Part shown: one piece after another, positions 58,716-64,000 of the stretch | Numbering within the stretch: the first letter of the stretch is position 1 | How the letters are laid out: each line of letters begins with the position of its first letter | NCBI GenBank assembly: GCA_024653215.1 | Contig: JANLFU010000004.1 | Span: forward strand, 29,574 to 93,573 | Direction: 5' to 3' | DNA: 64,000 nt | DNA from: Candidatus Saccharicenans sp. | GTDB taxonomy: Bacteria > Acidobacteriota > Aminicenantia > Aminicenantales > Saccharicenantaceae | Translations under genes and position numbers: made by a program | The notes under the pieces: model-generated | Seen by the model: only the letters and a program-made list of their open reading frames with translations | What the model was told of the DNA's origin: nothing | Databases searched by the model: none

Positions 58716-60083
58716 ATGGATGTTGCCGGCAGGAATGAACCGGAACTGAAGAAGACCCTGGGGCCGGTGTCGCTCAGTAACATCGTGGTGGCCAACATGA
58801 TCGGGGCCGGAATTTTCACCACTTCCGGGCTGCTGCTTCGCGACCTGGGCCATCCGCTGTTGATGCTGGCGCTCTGGGTGATGGGGGGACTCATTGCCCT
58901 GTGCGGGGCCCTGAGCTACGGCGAGCTGGGGGCGGCCTTTCCCCGGGCCGGGGGAGAGTATTATTTTCTGTCGCGTCTCTTCCATCCACTGGCCGGGTTC
59001 CTGAGCGGCTGGGTTTCCTTCTTCGTGGGCTTTTCGGCGCCGATTGCCGCCTCGGCCGTGGGTTTCAGCGAATACCTGGCCAGGGCTTTCCCGGTTCTGG
59101 ATGAGCCCCTGAAACTGGGGGTGACTGTCTTGCCAGTGGTCACCAAGAAAGCCATAGCCATCCTGGTGATTCTCGCCTTCACCCTGGTTCACGTCCAGGG
59201 ATTGAAGCCCGGGGCCCGGGTCCAGAATGTTCTGACCACTGGCAAGGTCGGACTGATTCTCTTCCTGGTGGCCATCGGTTTTGCCAGCAGCCGGGGGAGC
59301 TGGAGTCATTTCACGAGCGGCGACTGGCTTCCGGCCGATTTTTCCTCGCTAAAGGTAATTGGCCTGTCGCTGATGTGGATTATGTTCGCCTACAGCGGCT
59401 GGAACGCCTCGGCCTACCTGGGGTCGGAGATAAAAAATCCACGCCGGGACCTGCCGCTGTCGCTGCTCCTGGGCACGGGAGTGGTCATCCTGCTGTACCT
59501 GGGACTGAACCTGCTGTATGTCTATGCCGTTCCACCGGCGGAGATGAAGGGCGTGATTTCGGTGGGCGGGCTGGCCGCTGGTAAGCTCCTGGGGGCTGGC
59601 TGGGAAAAGTTTCTGTCCATAATGATTGCCTTTGCCCTTTTCTCCTCGTTGAGCGCTTTTATCATCATTGGCCCGAGGGTCTATTACGCCATGGCCTCGG
59701 ACCGACTATTTTTTCCGTTCGCGTCCCGGGTTCACCCGGTCAGCCGGGTGCCGGCCCTGTCCATCTGGCTTCAGGGGGCGATTGCCGCGGCTATCGTCGT
59801 TTCCGGGACTTTTGAGCATATCCTGACTTACATGGGCTTTTCGTTGGGAATTTTCCCCATCCTGGCCGTGGTGGGAGTTTTCAAGCTGAGAAAAAATCAT
59901 CCGGATAACCTTAAGCTACCGGGCTTTCCGCTGGTCCAGGTGGTCTATTTGCTGGCCGGGGTAAGTATCCTGGTGCTGGGGTTGCTGCAGAGCCCCGGGC
60001 CGTCGGGCGTGGCCATTCTGACCGTCCTGGCCGGGCTCCCGGCCTATTACTTTTTCAGAAATAAATACAATAAGGGGCGGTAG
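58716..60083 (+). CDS. APC family amino acid permease
   Basis: MIGAGIF, YGELGAAFPRAGGEY, FAYSGWN; about 12 TM. Confidence 0.92.
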   Translation: MDVAGRNEPELKKTLGPVSLSNIVVANMIGAGIFTTSGLLLRDLGHPLLMLALWVMGGLIALCGALSYGELGAAFPRAGGEYYFLSRLFHPLAGFLSGWVSFFVGFSAPIAASAVGFSEYLARAFPVLDEPLKLGVTVLPVVTKKAIAILVILAFTLVHVQGLKPGARVQNVLTTGKVGLILFLVAIGFASSRGSWSHFTSGDWLPADFSSLKVIGLSLMWIMFAYSGWNASAYLGSEIKNPRRDLPLSLLLGTGVVILLYLGLNLLYVYAVPPAEMKGVISVGGLAAGKLLGAGWEKFLSIMIAFALFSSLSAFIIIGPRVYYAMASDRLFFPFASRVHPVSRVPALSIWLQGAIAAAIVVSGTFEHILTYMGFSLGIFPILAVVGVFKLRKNHPDNLKLPGFPLVQVVYLLAGVSILVLGLLQSPGPSGVAILTVLAGLPAYYFFRNKYNKGR

Positions 60084-60495
60084 AGGCTTTTTTCGGTCCG
60101 GAGTAATTCGAGGCAGAGTCTCCACATCTGAAAAGTCGGCGGCCAGGTCCATGATCAAAAAGTTTAGTCCCCTGACATATGAATAACCATTCATATGTTA
60201 GGGTTTTCCGCCGGCAGCCGGAGGCTGGTTGTCGGGCCCCGGTTATAACCGCAGCAGAGCAAAAATGACTTCTTGACAACTTCCTGATGCTCGCTTTCAT
60301 CCCCGGGCGGGAAGACCTTGAACACAGGGAGCTTTATCATGTGAAGAATTGGGGCGTAGAAGAATCAATACCCGCGGGCTGGAGTAAGGCAGCTTGGGGC
60401 TCTAAGAAAATATGAAAAATTAAAAATGTAAGAGAGGGTCCTGCGCTTAAGGATCCTGGCAGGATGCCTGAAAATGAATCGGGTCCGGCGGCGGC

Positions 60496-60900
60496 TCAGT
60501 AGGTTACAATTCTCGGGAGCTTTTTCGCCCTTTCTATCCAGTAACGCACCATCTTGAGGGCCGGAACACGGCGCACCAGCTTTTTCTCCTCGTTGATTTC
60601 CAGGAGTTTCTGGTGGAGGTTCTGGGCATTTCTCTGGGCCAGCTCCACCACGGTGTCCACCCCGGCCATTTCCAGCAGGTCGCTGTACTCTTCTCCTATG
60701 CCGCGAATCCGCATCAGGTCAGCCCGGTTAACCCACTTCAGGATCTGGGCTTCGCTGAGGCCGGTCTTCTCGGCCAGTTCCTTGCGGCCGGCTGGAGTGG
60801 CTCCCGCCCTGAGCAGTTGCTTGACATTGTAAACCCCGGCTTCTTTCAGCTTTTCCATAAAAACATCGCCGATTCCTTCAATGGCCTTAAGCAAAGTCAT
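60496..60900 (-). CDS. DUF4332 helix-hairpin-helix protein
   Basis: IEGIG, ADLMRIRGIGEEYSDLLEMAGVDTV. Confidence 0.85.
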   Translation of the reverse strand: MTLLKAIEGIGDVFMEKLKEAGVYNVKQLLRAGATPAGRKELAEKTGLSEAQILKWVNRADLMRIRGIGEEYSDLLEMAGVDTVVELAQRNAQNLHQKLLEINEEKKLVRRVPALKMVRYWIERAKKLPRIVTY

Positions 60901-61208
60901 GGGCATACTCCTTAGTTGGATTTTGCTGAGCATGAATATTTTATAAAAATTCCTTTAGAAAATTCAAATTTTTTATCTTAAAAATTTTGGGCTGAGCTTC
61001 AGTTCCCGGAACCCCTGGCCTGTCCTCCGGGAAATAAAATCCAGTGGCCCAACCGGCTGTAAAATCGGAACTAAATAGGAATGGAACTCCAGGCCCCCCG
61101 TTAGAGAAGTAAGCTTGAATGCCTGATTTTGGGAGTGGGGGAATGGAAGCTGGAAACAGGTAAACAGGGAAAGAAGCTTGTTTTCATTCGGATGGGGCTC
61201 AAAAGGTA

Positions 61209-62144
61209 TCAGGCCGGTTCAAAGTAATCACGGTCAAGATGCCTGACCATCCTGACCCTTTTTTGTTCCATGAGGCGCTGGAGATGAAGGCTCAGCTCTT
61301 CCCTGGTAAGCCCCAGGGAGTGCTCCAGGTCTTCCAGGCTAACCGGGCGCCGGCGGACGATGGATAGTATGGCCTGGACTATGTTCTCCGGGACCTTCTC
61401 CTGCTCTTTCTTCCTGAAGCTGGCCACCACCTCCGCCTTCTCTCCAAAAAACTCCTTGATCTTCTCCATCTCTTCAGGCGAAAGGGGGCGGGACTGGCTT
61501 TCGGCCGGGGGCCTGACCACTGTGTTGAGGTGAATCTTATCGGGCTTTATTTTCTCAACCGCGGCTTTGAGCTTCTTAAGATGGGCGGGGGAGTCGTTGA
61601 TTCCTTTAACCAGCAGAATTTCCAGCCAGATCTTTCCCTTGAATTGCCGGCGAAATTTAACCAGACCTTCGATAATTTTTTCGGCCCGGAGCGAGGGATG
61701 CGGCCTGTTAACTTTTTCAAAGACTTCCTGGCTGGCGGCGTCGAGCGAGGGCACAACCACGTCGGCCGCGGCCAGTTCTTTTCTTACTTCCGGGCGGGAA
61801 AGAAGGGTGCTGTTGGTAAGAACGGCCACCGGAACACCGGACATCTTTTTGATTTTTCTGATCAGCCAGCCGATCGATTTATTCAGGGTTGGTTCGCCAG
61901 AGCCAGAGAAGGTGATGAAATCAACCCGGGCTCCACTCTTTAAAAATTCTTGCACTTCTTGCAGGATTTGTTTGGCTGAAAAGAATTGACCGCGCCTGAT
62001 GGTGGTTTTCCTGGTACGTCCCAGCTGGCAATAAACACAGCTCAGGCTGCAGGTTTTGAAGGGTAGGAGGTCAACCCCGAGCGAATACCCCAGGCGCCTC
62101 GACGGCACCGGCCCATACAGGTGGGGGAATCTCTTGTCGTTCAT
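61209..62144 (-). CDS. Radical SAM protein (TYW1-like clade) with C-terminal wHTH
   Basis: YGPVPSRRLGYSLG, CSLSCVYC, TFSGSGEPTL. Confidence 0.85.
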   Translation of the reverse strand: MNDKRFPHLYGPVPSRRLGYSLGVDLLPFKTCSLSCVYCQLGRTRKTTIRRGQFFSAKQILQEVQEFLKSGARVDFITFSGSGEPTLNKSIGWLIRKIKKMSGVPVAVLTNSTLLSRPEVRKELAAADVVVPSLDAASQEVFEKVNRPHPSLRAEKIIEGLVKFRRQFKGKIWLEILLVKGINDSPAHLKKLKAAVEKIKPDKIHLNTVVRPPAESQSRPLSPEEMEKIKEFFGEKAEVVASFRKKEQEKVPENIVQAILSIVRRRPVSLEDLEHSLGLTREELSLHLQRLMEQKRVRMVRHLDRDYFEPA

Positions 62145-62159
62145 ATCTTTTCCCAGCTA

Positions 62160-62546
62160 TTATATAACTTCTTCGACCTGCCAGTCTTCGTTTACCCAGA
62201 GCAGGTGAACCTTGAGTCCCGGAAAGTTTTCCCTGATTTTCTCGGCGGCCAGGTACAGCTGACTGAGCTGTTCTTCTTTTGGCAGGGGATTACCGGCGCA
62301 GTCGTGGTGGGCGACGATGGCCACGGCCGGGGAGCGGTGCTTTTCGGTCGAGACGGCCAGGCAGCGCTTGATTGAGTTCATCATGAACTCCGGCTCTCCG
62401 GCGGCCAGGATTTTTACCGGACCGGGGGCGGTGATGACGTCAACGTAGTCGGCCCGGTAGAGATTCTTAAGCCAGCGGTTGACACAGTCCTGTACCCTTC
62501 CGTCCATGCAGTTGATGGCGGTGACAAATCTTTTCTCGGACAGCAT
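62160..62546 (-). CDS. Putative beta-carbonic-anhydrase-like protein
   Basis: CMDGR and HHDC Zn-ligand motifs. Confidence 0.7.
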   Translation of the reverse strand: MLSEKRFVTAINCMDGRVQDCVNRWLKNLYRADYVDVITAPGPVKILAAGEPEFMMNSIKRCLAVSTEKHRSPAVAIVAHHDCAGNPLPKEEQLSQLYLAAEKIRENFPGLKVHLLWVNEDWQVEEVI

Positions 62547-62779
62547 GTTTATCCAGCCTTCCTATGAACATCCTAATTTAATTTATTAAAAATCGTATCT
62601 GAAGCCTACCGGCCCGCTCAGGATGAACGAATATATATCACGGTGCCCCTGCGGTCAATTTATTTGTGGAGGCAGTGCTGTCTCCGGCCGGAAGATCCCT
62701 GCTGCTTCCTTCCAATTTGTTTCAAGAGCAAACTTCTGCCCGGCTTCAGGCCGGTTAACCGGATGAATAACCGGAATTC

Positions 62780-64000
62780 TCAGAAGCCCACCCTGACTCC
62801 CAGCGACCATTCGGCCGTTGGAGCCGGCTGGTAGGAGTTCCCATCCGGGTCTGGCTCGGTGAACCCGTAATACAGAACATTGAAGATGTTTCTCCCGGCC
62901 AGCCTGATTTCGAAGGGAGTCCCTCCGAATTCAAACCGGTATGAGGCCCGAACATGAACCAGGGTGTACGGGTCGGTCTTTCCGTAACCGTTTTCCAGAA
63001 TCCGGTTGGTCGAATCTATGTACCAGGAACTGACATGCTCCAGGGCCGCTCCCAGGCTGAGCCTTCTGGTCAGTCTGTATTCGCCATCTATGTAGAGTTG
63101 ATGCTGCGGGATGTTGGGCACCCAGGTTCCACTCAGGGTCTCGCCGGCGAGCGTGTCAACGGTCCGGTACTTAAAATGATAATAGGTATAGGCTGCCTGG
63201 ATGGTCAGGTTTTCAACCGGCACCCAGGCCAGCGAGCTTTCCAGGCCATATCTTCTGGTCGAACCGACATTTCCATAGAAAGTTTCCAGCGGCCGGTCAG
63301 GCCTGCGGTATCGTCCGAAGTCATTCCTGGTGTTAAGGTGGAAGATGGCCAAATCATAGCTAATTTTCTGACCGATGGTTCCCTTGGCGCCGATCTCTTC
63401 GCCGCTTGAAGTGGCGGGCACCAGTTGAGTGTTATAGCCGCCATAGGCATAGGGGTTATTAACCAACTCCTCGGTTCCCGGGGGCAGGAATCCCGTTCCC
63501 CAGCTGGCATAGAGTCCGAAGTTGCTTAAAGGATTCCAGGTCAAGCCGAGCCTGCCCGTAACTCTCTGGAAGGAGACCTGGCCTGACAGGTCAACCCCAC
63601 CGGCCTGGAGATGGTCTTCAAGCCGGTTGCTGAGGCGGTCAAACCGCACTATTCCCGACACTCCCCAGAATGGCCCCAGCTCCACTCTGTCCAACAAGAA
63701 TATTCCTATGGCGTTCTGGTACATATTCTGGTCGGACAGAAACTCCGGTCCTTCCACCGCCTCGCCCAGGTTGGGGTGTTTGAATTCATCAATGGCCTGG
63801 TGGGCATAGTCCAGGCCCAGGCTGAAATAATTCCTGAATTTTCCCTGCCCGGCCCGATGGTTTAGCTGCAAAGTCAAGCCGGGAGTATCAAGCCCGCGAT
63901 GGATGACTGATGAGGGAACCGCTTCCTTATACTGGGTCCGGCGGTAATAAGCTGAAGCGTAGAAGTCCAGGCTATCGGAGAATTTCACGCTAGTGGTGAC
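62780..64000 (-). CDS. TonB-dependent receptor, C-terminal part (5' end outside window)
   Basis: YASWGTGF, GRNIFN..Y, C-terminal Phe (GVRVGF); frame runs off window end. Confidence 0.85.
   Translation of the reverse strand, partial: VTTSVKFSDSLDFYASAYYRRTQYKEAVPSSVIHRGLDTPGLTLQLNHRAGQGKFRNYFSLGLDYAHQAIDEFKHPNLGEAVEGPEFLSDQNMYQNAIGIFLLDRVELGPFWGVSGIVRFDRLSNRLEDHLQAGGVDLSGQVSFQRVTGRLGLTWNPLSNFGLYASWGTGFLPPGTEELVNNPYAYGGYNTQLVPATSSGEEIGAKGTIGQKISYDLAIFHLNTRNDFGRYRRPDRPLETFYGNVGSTRRYGLESSLAWVPVENLTIQAAYTYYHFKYRTVDTLAGETLSGTWVPNIPQHQLYIDGEYRLTRRLSLGAALEHVSSWYIDSTNRILENGYGKTDPYTLVHVRASYRFEFGGTPFEIRLAGRNIFNVLYYGFTEPDPDGNSYQPAPTAEWSLGVRVGF

Noticed and set aside
60084..60495. tRNA or ncRNA in this intergenic gap
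   Set aside because: No cloverleaf, T-loop or recognisable RNA motif found

Overview
Bacterial chromosomal segment from a diderm organism (TonB receptors, porin; the gene set suggests an anaerobic Acidobacteriota/Aminicenantes-like lineage, which is tentative). A GC-rich housekeeping backbone carries a peptide MFS transporter, a hybrid kinase/Hpt phosphorelay, ogt, radC-fhs-recA, sod, an ABC exporter, mgsA, uvrA, mntP, an acpS-acs-acp-kbl operon, Pat, btuB with a cobalamin riboswitch, an amino-acid decarboxylase, GH172 and ilvE. Two AT-richer accessory islands interrupt it. (1) About 28.3-40.4 kb is a 'headless' array of six orphan RHS C-terminal toxin/immunity cassettes. It is bounded by a 148-bp direct repeat, preceded by a REP-like inverted doublet and followed by an AbiE type IV toxin-antitoxin pair. 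All six warheads look envelope-directed (M15-like peptidase, two zincin-like peptidases, a His-rich Zn hydrolase, two DUF5675-like domains) and have exported or membrane immunity partners. (2) About 46.9-50.4 kb is a four-gene operon encoding a double-redoxin protein, two beta-propeller-like proteins and a secreted 8-Cys peptide, behind a promoter with a poly-T spacer. Also notable is an SOD gene with two Shine-Dalgarno/start pairs that could give Tat-exported and cytoplasmic isoforms. All family assignments come from motif recognition by eye; no database searches were run.
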